A stretch of 64,000 bases of DNA from Macrostomum lignano (taxonomy: Eukaryota). The notes below the pieces were generated by a model. The model was not told the origin of the DNA, did no database searches, and saw nothing but the letters and a program-made list of their open reading frames with translations. The stretch is from NCBI GenBank assembly GCA_002269645.1, contig NIVC01001995.1, positions 151,002 through 215,001 of the forward strand. Reading direction: 5' to 3'. Position numbers and translations under genes: made by a program. Positions 1 through 10,950 of this stretch are shown here, one piece after another. Numbering within the stretch: position 1 is the stretch's first letter; each line of letters opens with the position of its first letter.

Positions 1-61
1 GAAGCGTGCTATAGTCGTGTTTGAAGCGCATTTGCGTCGCATGATGAATTAGAGTGACATT

Positions 62-430
62 TGTTTTTTTTATTAGAGGCAGGGGGGTTGTGTGCACCCT
101 GGCGCACTTTAAGCGACATAGGCACACAACCGGCGAGAGGCATTGCTGCCCATTCCGCCGACTCCCCTGAGCAGGCATACAAGCGCGCGGATACGTACGC
201 AGGCACACACTCACACAGGAGTGTACAGCGGCCCTAACTTTATATTATCGTTAGGCATGTACACTTCACTGCGCCTTGGGGGGTTGGTTGGCTCTCAAGG
301 CCGTTAATTGCACGAGCAGAGCCAAGCCGAAATTCCAATTCAGCCCCAAATTAATGTGACTGCACTTGGAATCGAGCCTGGGTCGCTGGCACACCAGAGC
401 AGCTGCGCTACCGCTGGGCTACGGCCCCCC
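62..430 (-). mobile_element. tRNA-derived SINE, family A (~370 bp) with A-rich tail
   Basis: The minus strand starts GGGGGGCCGTAGCCCAGCGGTAGCGCAG...CCAGGCTCGATTCC, with Pol III A-box and B-box-like motifs. An unrelated body follows and ends in CTCTAATAAAAAAAACAAA. The body is similar to 10830-10950. Confidence 0.65.
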
Positions 431-634
431 TAGAAAAATGTATGCGGCCAACACACACGATTCTTGGATTCTATCAAGACTTACGCGTTTGAGTCGTTAA
501 AGTAAGTCACAAAAGTGACTCCAGAGTCGTTTTCTAAAACCTAGTCTAATCAATTTTTCCAAAAAACGAATAAAGTTTCGGACTGAGACTCGACCTTGGA
601 TAGTTGTGATGCAGAAAATTTTAGAGCTTCTCAA

Positions 635-705
635 TCAATTTTCATCGGGAATGGTCTTGTTTAAGATAAAACGAGCAGCTTGTTTTTGAAGTTTCTTTAG
701 GGAGT
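635..705 (-). pseudogene. Left half of a non-LTR retrotransposon RT-thumb remnant, split by the 708-5991 element
   Basis: Joining 5992 to 705 and removing one AA TSD copy restores IIWAGALNIYSLKKLQKQAARFILNKTIPDEN* in frame. This resembles the LINE thumb motif W...L.KLQKRAAR.IL. Confidence 0.5.
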
Positions 706-1744
706 AACCCGTCGAACTTTTCACCCAGAATTTTTTCCGGAATTTCGTGACCCGGGCCCGATTTTTAATTGATTTCCAGGTGAACGCCCGGATCAGCTTT
801 TTTGGCCCGGAACAGCCCCTTTTCCCGGAAAAAGATCCGGAAATATGTTCCGGTAAAATTACGGGAAAAGGAAAGCTGTTCCGGTTGGATTTTCCGGAAT
901 TTTTCACTCGGAACACTATGGAATTCTGGGTGTACACCCGAATTTCAGTAGTGTTCCGGGTGAAAATGTTCCGGGTGAGATTTCGGGACTTCAGTCGGAA
1001 TTCTCCAGTGATCCGGACCAAATGATCCGGAAAATTCACCCGGATCAGCTCCCTTGACCCGAATTTCAGCCAAATTCCGGGCGAAGCTGATCCGGGAAAA
1101 TTTCGGGACTTGAGTCGGAATCAATCCGGCATCCATTATACAAGTACCGTGGGGATTTTGAGAGGAAGCCTCCGATGGAAAACCGCTGAATACAGACCCC
1201 AGCAAATGGGTATCCCATCAGGCAATCCCTGGCATCCATTTGGTCAACGGCGCTAATTCCTCTTGGAAAGCGAGGGGTAATAAAGCCTCGAAATTGCAAT
1301 ATGAATTGATCTGCTTTTCGGCGGCTCTGTAGTGTCCGTAATGTGAGGCTGAGCCCATCCTCCGTACAGGTGACAATTGAAAAATTGTTGCGCCCTGTTT
1401 GTGTGCGAGAGGTTTGACTTCCACTGGCATGTAGTCTATCACAGCTGCTTAGTGTGTCAACGGTCTGAATGATTCTATCGTCATATTTGACGCTTAGAAG
1501 CATAAAATCAGCCAACCATATTGTTTGGCACAGCTGGGTGTCTAGACGGAGACTGTGGCATGGTTCCAAATAGCTCTAACTGGCCCAGTATGCAAAGCAG
1601 CTTTCCTATTAAGATAGACGCTAATCCGATTTTTGTCGGTACATGCTTCCAGTGGTTTGTCTAAGGCGTTTGCAGTTGCACCAGCCGTGAGCAGATCCCG
1701 TCTAGAGTAGTCTATACGGACTACTATGGTCGGTAACCATATCG

Positions 1745-2248
1745 TGTGGCTCAAGGCAGCTGATAAGCTGACCCGCGATGGATAATCAATCCTCGCTTCT
1801 GTTGTGGCTCAAGGCAGCTGATAAGCTGACCTGCGATGGATAATCAATCCTCGCTTCTGTTGTGGCTCAAGGCAGCTGATAAGCTGACCTGCGATGGATA
1901 ATCAATCCTCGCTTCTGTTGTGGCTCAAGGCAGCTGCTAAGCTGACCTGCGATGGATAATCAATCCTCGCTTCTGTTGTGGCTCAAGGCAGCTGATAAGC
2001 TGACCTGCGATGGATAATCAATTCTCGCTTCTGTTGTGGCTCAAGGCAGCTGCTAAGCTGACCTGCGATGGATAATCATTAATCAATCCTCGCTTCTGTT
2101 GTGGCTCAAGGCAGCTGCTAAGCTGACCTGCGATGGATAATCAATCCTCGCTTCTGTTGTGGCTCAAGGCAGCTGCTAAGCTGACCTGCGATGGATAATC
2201 AATCCTCGCTTCTGTTGTGGCTCAAGGCAGCTGATAAGCTGACCTGCG
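1745..2248. repeat. 58-bp minisatellite, ~8.5 copies
   Basis: TGTGGCTCAAGGCAGCTGATAAGCTGACCTGCGATGGATAATCAATCCTCGCTTCTGT at 1745, 1803, 1861, 1919 and onward. Confidence 0.95.
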
Positions 2249-2719
2249 AGGGGTAATAAAGCCTCGCTTTGATGAGACAACTTATCTGCTTTACGGCGGC
2301 ACTGTAGCGTCCGTAATGTGAGGCTGAGCCCATCCTCCGTACAGGTGACAATTGAAAAATTGTTGCGCCCTGTTTGTGTGCGAGAGGTTTGACTTCCACT
2401 GGCATGTAGTCTATCACAGCTGCTTAGTGTGTCAACGGTCTGAATGATTCTATCGTCATATTTGACGCTTAGAAGCATAAAATCAGCCAACCATATTGTT
2501 TGGCACAGCTGGGTGTCTAGACGGAGACTGTGGCATGGTTCCAAATAGCTCTAACTGGCCCAGTATGCAAAGCAGCTTTCCTATTAAGATAGACGCTAAT
2601 CCGATTTTTGTCGGTACATGCTTCCAGTGGTTTGTCTAAGGCGTTTGCAGTTGCACCAGCCGTGAGCAGATCCCGTCTAGAGTAGTCTATACGGACTACT
2701 ATGGTCGGTAACCATATCG

Positions 2720-3212
2720 TGTGGCTCAAGGCAGCTGATAAGCTGACCCGCGATGGATAATCAATCCTCGCTTCTGTTGTGGCTCAAGGCAGCTGATAAG
2801 CTGACCTGCGATGGATAATCAATCCTCGCTTCTGTTGTGGCTCAAGGCAGCTGATAAGCTGACCTGCGATGGATAATCAATCCTCGCTTCTGTTGTGGCT
2901 CAAGGCAGCTGCTAAGCTGACCTGCGATGGATAATCAATCCTCGCTTCTGTTGTGGCTCAAGGCAGCTTATAAGCTGACCTGCGATGGATAATCCTCGCT
3001 TCTGTTGTGGCTCAAGGCAGCTGATAAGCTGACCTGCGATGGATAATCAATTCTCGCTTCTGTTGTGGCTCAAGGCAGCTGCTAAGCTGACCTGCGATGG
3101 ATAATCAATCCTCGCTTCTGTTGTGGCTCAAGGCAGCTGCTAAGCTGACCTGCGATGGATAATCAATCCTCGCTTCTGTTGTGGCTCAAGGCAGCTGATA
3201 AGCTGACCTGCG
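2720..3212. repeat. Second block of the 58-bp minisatellite, ~8.5 copies
   Basis: Same unit at 2720, 2778, 2836 and onward. Confidence 0.95.
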
Positions 3213-4781
3213 AGGGGTAATAAAGCCTCGCTTTGATGAGACAACTTATCTGCTTTACGGCGGCACTGTAGCGTCCGTAATGTGAGGCTGAGCCCATCCT
3301 CCGTACAGGTGACAATTGAAAAATTGTTGCGCCCTGTTTGTGTGCGAGAGGTTTGACTTCCACTGGCATGTAGTCTATCACAGCTGCTTAGTGTGTCAAC
3401 GGTCTGAATGATTCTATCGTCATATTTGACGCTTAGAAGCATAAAATCAGCCAACCATATTGTTTGGCACAGCTGGGTGTCTAGACGGAGACTGTGGCAT
3501 GGTTCCAAATAGCTCTAACTGGCCCAGTATGCAAAGCAGCTTTCCTATTAAGATAGACGCTAATCCGATTTTTGTCGGTACATGCTTCCAGTGGTTTGTC
3601 TAAGGCGTTTGCAGTTGCACCAGCCGTGAGCAGATCACGTTGTCACGGCTGCTAACAAGAGTACCGGATCCCGGTATTCCGCCACTCTCTGGAAGGGGCC
3701 TTTGGATAGAAAGGCCCAAGCGATTGAAGCGACTGCTTTGGCGCGTGTGCCGTCGCAGCAACCGCAGCCGTCACGAAGCCCGTCATGCACTACAATGATG
3801 GATCAGATTCGGGCCCAAGGCGAAGCCGAGGACGAACTGTGTACGTTTTTTATGCATATACTAGAAGACGTTAGCAGCCTCGTATATATATAAGTGTTGT
3901 CGATTCTTAAGTTTGAATCTGCTTCGCCACTCTCCTCATTTTTATGTACTTAATAGGCCATCAATTGAGCGGAGTTCGTGAAAAGCTGTCGGAGGCTCAA
4001 GCCGAAAATCGTCAGATGAATGAAAGCTGAAGTTCTTCGATTGGAAGCTATCTCCGCTACGAGCTCGTCGGAATCCGACACGACCGTGGCGAGAAGCCAG
4101 GCAGTGCTCTTTCAATCTCGGCCAGCCGCAGAGCGGCAAAAGAAGGCGGACCAGGTGAAGGCGCGACGAATCGCCAGTGCTGCCGAAAATGAGGGGCCGA
4201 CTTCTGGAAACATATATTTCCAGACGGCGAGCTACTCGAGGAGTGAAATGCGGGCGATGTCCAAGATCGAGTGCATAACACCACCACCGCATTTATTTGC
4301 AATTAATTTCTAGGTTTTTGTTAAGGCCAAATTTGCTGGGTTCGATTTCATTAGAAACGCTCTTCGAGACATTGGCTGTCTACATTTATGAGCCCTGATA
4401 GGTCCTGGAAAATGAGACAAAAGTCGTTCCTTAATTTTTGCGGAGATCTTTACAATTCTTAAGCAAGTGAATAGACAAGTCAGCTGACTTGAGTTAACTA
4501 GCTAATTAGCTGTATAGCGAGTGACCCACCTGACAGATGCAATCAGAGGTAGGCGATGGGGATCCCTGAAGAGTAGCCAATGTCGCGATAAGGTATATAA
4601 AACCGCATACGGCTTCAAAAAAAGTTAATGGTAGCATCGAAGTCCAGCTGCCCATCCGAGTGACATTCAGAAGGTCAGCATTTTTTGTTTCTGAAAGTAC
4701 GTAGAAGTGCATAGAAATATACGATTTGCAGTTGTGCACAACTGAATTCAGTATTTCTGTTCGTGGACGGCTAAATCGAAT

Positions 4782-5790
4782 TCGATTCAATTCGTAGTCG
4801 TGGAAAATGTATGGAACAATGACCCGTTCTTTATTTAATTTTCTGCTACTGTGATAAGCCCAAGATTTGGCTGCAAATCCGGTTCAATCATCCAGAATTC
4901 ACCTGGATTCGTGTGCTAATCCGGTTCACTCTCCCGGAATTCGCCCGGATTTGTGTGCTGATCCGGTTCACTCGAACGGAATTAGCCCGGATTTGTGTGC
5001 TGATCCGGTTCACTCGCCCGGAATTGTGTGCTGATCCGGTTCACTCGCCCGGAATTAGCCCGGATTTGTGTGCTGATCCGGTTCACTCGCCCGGAATATT
5101 CGATTCAATTCGTAGTCGTGGAAAATGTATGGAACAATGACCCGTTCTTTATTTAATTTTCTGCTACTGTGATAAGCCCAAGATTTGGCTGCAAATCCGG
5201 TTCAATCATCCAGAATTCACCTGGATTCGTGTGCTAATCCGGTTCACTCTCCCGGAATTCGCCCGGATTTGTGTGCTGATCCGGTTCACTCGAACGGAAT
5301 TAGCCCGGATTTGTGTGCTGATCCGGTTCACTCGCCCGGAATTGTGTGCTGATCCGGTTCACTCGCCCGGAATTAGCCCGGATTTGTGTGCTGATCCGGT
5401 TCACTCGCCCGGAATTAGCCCGGATTTGTGTGCTGATCCGGTTCACTCGCCCGAAATTAGCCCGGATTTGTGTGCTGATCCGGTTCACTTGCCCGGAATT
5501 GTGTGCTGATCCGGTTCACTCGCCCGGAATTGTGTGCTGATCCGGTTCACTCGCCCGGAATTCGCCCGGATTTGTGTGCTGATCCGGTTCACTCGCCCGG
5601 AATTAGCCCGGATTTGTGTGCTGATCCGGTTCACTCGCCCGAAATTAGCCCGGATTTGTGTGCTGATCCGGTTCACTCGCCCGGAATTGTGTGCTGATCC
5701 GGTTCACTCGCCCGGATTCGGCTGCAGATCCGGTTCACTCGCCCGGATTCGGCTGCAGATCCGGTTCACTCGCCCGGAATTCGCCCGGAA
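4782..5790. repeat. Subterminal 42/31-bp tandem array plus a 318-bp direct duplication
   Basis: Unit GTGTGCTGATCCGGTTCACTCGCCCGGAATT(AGCCCGGATTT). The segment starting TCGATTCAATTCGTAGTCGTGG occurs at 4782 and 5100. Confidence 0.9.
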
Positions 5791-5991
5791 CTGTCACCGA
5801 AATTTTTTTATTGATCCGGGTCAATTTTCCGGAATTTTTCTTTTTGATCCGGAAAATTCGCCCGGATTCTGTAAACTTTCGTTACAGATCCGGAATTTCC
5901 ACCCGGATCGGATTGCATTACTGGAATATGAAAAAATTCCGGGTGAACGCAAAAAATTCCGGGCGAAATTCCGGGTGAAAAGTTCGACGGG

Positions 5992-6190
5992 AAATATTCA
6001 GAGCACCGGCCCATATAATTCGTACAGAAGTAAATCCCAGGAAGGAGCCGACACCCATGGACAAAATTAACACTAGAATACTCATTAAGTTACCCATATT
6101 GCATTTTAGGCTGGCATGATTTTGCTTATAGTTCAGTGACCTCTCTGGGGAATATACGCGTATAACATCTATGGCGACGCATTCACTTAC
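5992..6190 (-). pseudogene. Right half of the LINE RT-thumb-like remnant
   Basis: SLNYKQNH...LVLILSMGVGSFLGFTSVRIIW loosely matches the thumb consensus L.F..H......L.Y.S.V.S.L.Y.S.VW. It is continuous with 635-705 after removing the insertion. Confidence 0.4.
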
Positions 6191-9100
6191 GTTAGCTAAA
6201 ACAGCACGGTAAGGAGGTTCACTGGCAACCAGTTGCTTTGCCTCATCATTGGCCGTCTTTGCCTCTATTCTGGCGCTGATATTGGCTTTAACTGTGTCGC
6301 CAGTGCCGCCAGCAGCTGAGAAGGACTCAGTCAACGGTATGAACAGGCTGGAAAGGCGAAGTGCAGCACCTGAGATAACAGTGCTGACTGACCTGATTGA
6401 ACTTGCAGCTGGCAAGAGAAGCGGTTCAATGCCGTCAGCGGAACGGAAGCCGCAATTTGGGCAGGCAAGGTCGCGAGTTCGAGAATCCTGTAGCGCGACG
6501 AGACAAGGTGCGCAGAACACGTGGCCGCAAGGCATCCGTCTCGGATCAATAAACGACGCGTTGCAGACGTTGCAGGTTTGAGTGATGTCCCTCTTCTGCT
6601 GCGCCTTGTCTGGGAGAGCATTTTCTTGACTGGACAGGCTGCAGTTTTTTAGATTGGCTGTGTAACCAGTGTTATTTGTCTCTTCATTAACATTGGATTG
6701 AGCACTAGCCATTTCTGAAGCTTTCACCGACAAAGAAGATACTTTGGGAGCAGCAGCCATCGACGCAGTGATACTAGAGGCACTAAACGTCTCAATGCTT
6801 GGCCCAGCAGAAGATTTTTGCTTACGCGCAGTGGACACAGCAACTGTTGCCACGTCAGCTGTAGCCGACTGATTCGCTAAGTTGGCCGGTTCTCTAAAGG
6901 AAAATGAAAAGAAAGGAAGTTGAAATCTAGTCGCGGAACAAGTCTATAGAATTAATTTAAGAATAAATAACCGAAATTATACTTTTAGCCGAGTCAGACA
7001 TTCGATTTATCCATCTGATTCTAGATATGCTTACGAAGGTACCTAAAAAGTTTTTGGACTTGACCCTTTTTGAGCAAAGTCAGTGCACCAAACTTTCACA
7101 CCTTTTCAGAGTACCCCCCACTCTGAATGCAGCGCTCCATACAAAGAAACCAGGCTTGAAAGCACTGGGACCACTTTTTAGGCATAGGCACCTCTTCTAG
7201 AGCCTGTAGGGAGGCTCTGTAGGCTTCCTCTTCGTCATGGAATTAAAGTTTTTCTGTTTTTCCTTGGCTAGTGCAAACAACAAGTAGTCCCACGGTGCCA
7301 AGTCAGGAGAATAAGGCGGATGGGGAAGCAGCTGAATGGATTTCTGAGCCATGAAATCCACATTGCGAGCTGCTGTGTGTGCACAATGGCATTTTCGTGG
7401 TGCCACAACAGACCGCACGTTCCGCTGCGAGGTCTCTTCTCGCGCCACTTCTGCAGAACCTCTGGAACGCATACTGTTGTGTACCATTCTGCATTGACTG
7501 TTCTTTGCTTATTAAGTGGCACAATCGCCAAATCGCCTGTTATGGAGAAGAAAGTGGCGACCATCTTTGAGTTAAAAAGCTAAAAATTTAGGAAATGACC
7601 GAGGAAAGGATGTTCGAGTCCAAAAAATGTTTAGGTACCCTCGTATAATAGCCAACGCTTCAAATTAGGTTGCCTATTTGCTATAGGAAAGGCACAACAT
7701 ATCGAAAGGTGAACATTGGGTCTGCCTCCTATCAGAAGCAATAACAATTTTAATATGAAAAAAGTGAAGTTTCTATCTCCGCAGTGTATTGTTCAGCGAA
7801 AACCAGCCTCTTTAACATTTTCTAAGAAACGTAGTTTACCGCCCTACTACTTTGAGTAGTCCTTGGCCGACACACAAAAGCACTACTCACGCTGGCCTAT
7901 CAATAAACAGTACGGAGCCGAGCTTGTCCCAGACTGCCACAGTCTGGCAGTTGTCATCGTCACTCGTGCTTGTCACATCGGCTGGCAGGCACTGCGCCAG
8001 CTGCACATGGCGCACCGAGTAATCATCTAGCGAGGTGGCGCCCGGCGGCAGCCAGCTGACAACTAACCGGCCGAGCCAGTAGCGCGCCACAACCAGCTCG
8101 CCATCTGCGCGCACCAGCAGCGCCGGCAGAGTGGCCGATTGAAGAGATACACAAGGCCGCTGGGCTGGCCGAAATTCCGCTGTTGAAGTGGCCGAGTTTG
8201 CATTGATTTTATAAGCGCGGATCGAATACTCGGAGCTGCTGTCGGCTAATTGGTCTATGACCAGCAGCAGCCTGTACTGCCGGCACCAGAACAGGCGCTT
8301 GGGCTGCACGGGTGCGTTGGACTTAAATGTGCACCTGTTGGTGATGTTAAATCAGCATTAGGAATGTAAATAGGGAATGTCAACCAAAGCACCGGGATGT
8401 AGCCAATCTATAACTTGTTCGACTAGCCGATTAGAGAGGCCGTGACATCTCACCCATACCCCTCCTTTGAAGAAGCTTTGGACTTTTATAGGATAGGAAA
8501 TTTATCGGAGTCTACAAATTGACTGCCTCAAATTCTAACCAATTTGAAAAAAAGAATATAAAAAAGAAATTAAAGTAACTCTTCATGCGATTTTTTACAC
8601 ATCAATACAATGTCGTGTGCTGTCAAGAAAGCTTTCACCAACCCTGTTGTATACCTAAGGTCAACTTTGTTAGAAAGACTGAAACTTTCTAAGCTGTATG
8701 CCAACATGTGTAAGCCAAGGACTGCTCAACTAGAAGGACGGGGAAACTAATTTTCTTAGAAAACGTTAAGGAGGCCTAAGGTTTTGCCGAAAAATACACT
8801 ACAGAGATAGGACCTTTTCCTTTTTTCATATTAAAATTGCTATTGCTTTCGATAGGAGGCAGAGCCAATGTTCAGCTTTTGATATGTTTTGCCCTTCTTA
8901 TAGCTCTATTGATATTTTTATTCTACGTACAATTGCATATGTCCTGTGCCTAAAAACCATTAAAATGGCACGGCTCGGCTCACTGGTTTTATGAATATAT
9001 TTTAATATCTCAGCTGACTGTGTAAGAATATGTGTGACAGAGATGATAAAATAGATTCATAAAACCAGAGTCGAGCAGTGCCATGCATTTTTATGACTTC

Positions 9101-10687
9101 TAGGTACAGGGAATGTACGTAGAATAAAAATCTAACATAGAATCCTAATTTTCTGAAGAAAAAAATCTTTATTAATATCAATAGAGCTATAGGAAAGGCA
9201 AAAAATATCAAACTGCCTCCTATCGAAAGCAATAACAATTTCAAAATGAAAAAGTGAAAAGCTCCTATCTCTGTAGTGCATGTTTTTCGAAAAAACATGC
9301 CTTTTCGGCCCTTGTAGCTGAGTAGTCCTTGGTGTAAGTTAGCATATTCATGATTGTTTATTCCTACGTACAACATCGTCCAAAAACCGCTAGTTTTATA
9401 ATCATGGTGGCTATGCCACCAAGAAGTGCATCTCGAATCCACCGATGGACTTATTTAGGTCTGGGATTAAGATATTGTTGTATTTTAATCGAAGTAAAAA
9501 TGATGACATGTATTCATTTTGCTAACACACCTGTTCAAACCGCTTCCTTTATCAACAGGGGCAGTGTAAAATTGGTTGCGCTCAGAGCAGACAATCAGGT
9601 GTTGCCCAGTGCTAACAACGTCCACCAAGTCAGCCAAAATGCCAGCCACAGCGGTAACTTGGCCGCTGGTCTTGGCCCAGGCCACCCGCTTGTGCCCGGC
9701 ATCGAGCAGGATCAGGCGATTCGACACGCGGCAGGCGGCAACCCGAACCGGCCAGGTCACTTTTTTGTCGGAAAATTTCACTTTTCCAATGCTACGAATC
9801 GCCGAACAATTTTCGTCGCTACTAAGCGAATAGGCCACAAGGCGAACTTGTTCGATACCGCGAGAACCGGACACTTCTAGGCAGTAGTAGGTGTCCCCGA
9901 GGCGGGTTGCAGAAATCAGAGGTGAAAGAAGACGGACTGACTTGGACTGAGTTATTGCTCCAAAAAGAGCTGCATTTGATCTGCCCGACTCAGCAATAGA
10001 ACCTGCATTTGATCTGCCCGACTCAGCAACAGAACCTGCATTTGATCTGCCCGACTCAGCAACAGAACCTGCATTTGATCTGCCCGACTCAGCAACAGAA
10101 CCTGCATTTGATCTGCCCGACTCAGCAACAGAACCTGCAGTTGATCTGCCCGACTCAGCAACAGAACCTGCAGTTGATCTGCCAGACGCCGACTCACTTA
10201 AACACCCAGAATTCGCAACAGAAGAAGCTAAAGTCGAACTGTTTGAATTCGAGGCAGAATCAGAAGAGCTCAGTACAGCATCTGCTGCAGTTTTCGCCGA
10301 CTGTCTCGGTGACTGCACCGGATTTTGGTCAACTTTGCTACCAAAATGTACCAACGAATAGCCGCCCCCAGCAACCGGAACAAAGGCGGCGGTCCTGTAA
10401 CTGTCTGGCACAGGCGTCCATCGCAGTTCTAAACAGCGCATGAGCCTGGCAACTACGGACTTTAACTCGGCATCAGATTCTCTGCTTAATTTGTTCTCTA
10501 CCGAGCAGTTCCGAGTAAGCTGTGCGAGTTGCCCTGAGAGACGGGCGAAAAAAGCATCAATGTTTGTCTGGCAACAGCCGGCCGACTCTGTGGCGTCAAG
10601 GAGTCGACGAACAACGTCAGCCTTCTGACGGAGTCGCTGCCGGGCAAGCCGCACCGGGATCAGCTGACTATCAGCTGACTCTTGCAT
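6191..10687 (-). CDS. Coiled-coil / NHL-like beta-propeller / C3HC4 RING protein (putative E3 ligase). Exons 10687(acceptor 10702)-9531, 8334-7891, 6893-6191; 3' end uncertain
   Basis: Two phase-2 GT-AG junctions fit: AACAG|gtgtgt..caacag|GTGC and CCAGC|gtgagt..ctttag|AGAA. RING-HC motif: CNVC-x11-CGHVFCAPC...CPNC. NHL-like blades: WPVRVAACRVSNRLILLDAGHKRV, QPKRLFWCRQYRLLLVIDQ, LLVRADGELVVARYWLGRLVV. Candidate donor AAC|GTAAGT at 6191/6190. Confidence 0.75.
7034..7643 (-). mobile_element. Internally deleted Tc1/mariner element with a frameshifted transposase fragment
   Basis: TIRs (TA)CGAAGGTACCTAAAAAGTTTTTGGACT and the reverse complement ending at 7643, with TA flanks. Peptides LLWHHENAIVHT and PHPPYSPDLAPWDYLLF (mariner HDNA..H and YSPDLAP motifs) lie in different frames. 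Confidence 0.9.
7680..7866. mobile_element. Solo arm of the 8715-9332 MITE family
   Basis: CTATAGGAAAGGCA...CTGCCTCCTATC..AAGCAATAACAATTT...GAGTAGTCCTTGG matches 9185-9332. Confidence 0.7.
8715..9332. mobile_element. MITE with ~200-bp imperfect inverted arms (intron 1 of the RING gene)
   Basis: Ends CCAAGGACTGCTCA and TGAGTAGTCCTTGG. A direct repeat TGTAAG flanks both ends (8 bp with one mismatch if the TIR begins CAAGG). Confidence 0.75.
9972..10190 (-). repeat. In-frame coding 33-bp repeat (NAGSVAESGRS), ~6.5 copies
   Basis: GATCTGCCCGACTCAGCAACAGAACCTGCATTT at 9978, 10011 and onward, inside the 9531-10687 exon. Confidence 0.9.
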
Positions 10688-10829
10688 GGTCGGGCTGTTG
10701 ACCTGAAAATGATTTATTAATATTATGACCAGTAAATTAATTGTATGATTAAAAACTCAAGGAACTACACCAATCTAATCAAGTAGTAAGAACAATTTTG
10801 CCATCCTGTCTAAGCACAACTTACACAAA

Positions 10830-10950
10830 TACGTACGCACTCATACGCACGCAGGGTGTACAGCGGTCCTGATTTTCTCATTATCAGCCATGCAGACAGT
10901 CGGCGCCTTTGAGACTGGCTCTAATTTGCTTGAATCGCCCCTGGGCTAGT
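10830..10950 (-). mobile_element. Fragment related to the SINE family A body
   Basis: TACGTACGCA...GTGTACAGCGG(T/C)CCT...GCGCCTT...GGCTCT is shared with 195-300. Confidence 0.45.

Larger units (their letters stand above)
1270..3636. repeat. Tandem triplication of a ~430-bp unit separated by minisatellite blocks (periods ~975 and 964 bp)
   Basis: Unit starts GCGAGGGGTAATAAAGCCTCG at 1270, 2246 and 3210. Identical ORF translations recur in the track (1542/2517; 2176/3140). Confidence 0.95.
708..5991. mobile_element. Non-autonomous CMC/EnSpm(CACTA)-like DNA transposon, 5.28 kb, with captured internal sequence
   Basis: Terminal inverted repeat CCCGTCGAACTTTTCACCC(A/G)GAATTT starts at 708 and its reverse complement ends at 5991. 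A 2-bp TSD AA lies at 706-707 and 5992-5993. CCGGAA-rich subterminal repeats fill both arms. No transposase was recognised. Confidence 0.7.

Noticed and set aside
1745-3212. 58-bp arrays as a CRISPR-like locus
   Set aside because: The units are head-to-tail with no unique spacers, there are no cas genes, and the context is eukaryotic.
3641-3900. TGTCACGG as the start of an LTR
   Set aside because: No second LTR copy, PBS, PPT or gag/pol motifs were found.
4913-6070. ORFs MLIRFTRPELARICV... and the antisense versions
   Set aside because: They are translations of the 42/31-bp tandem array.
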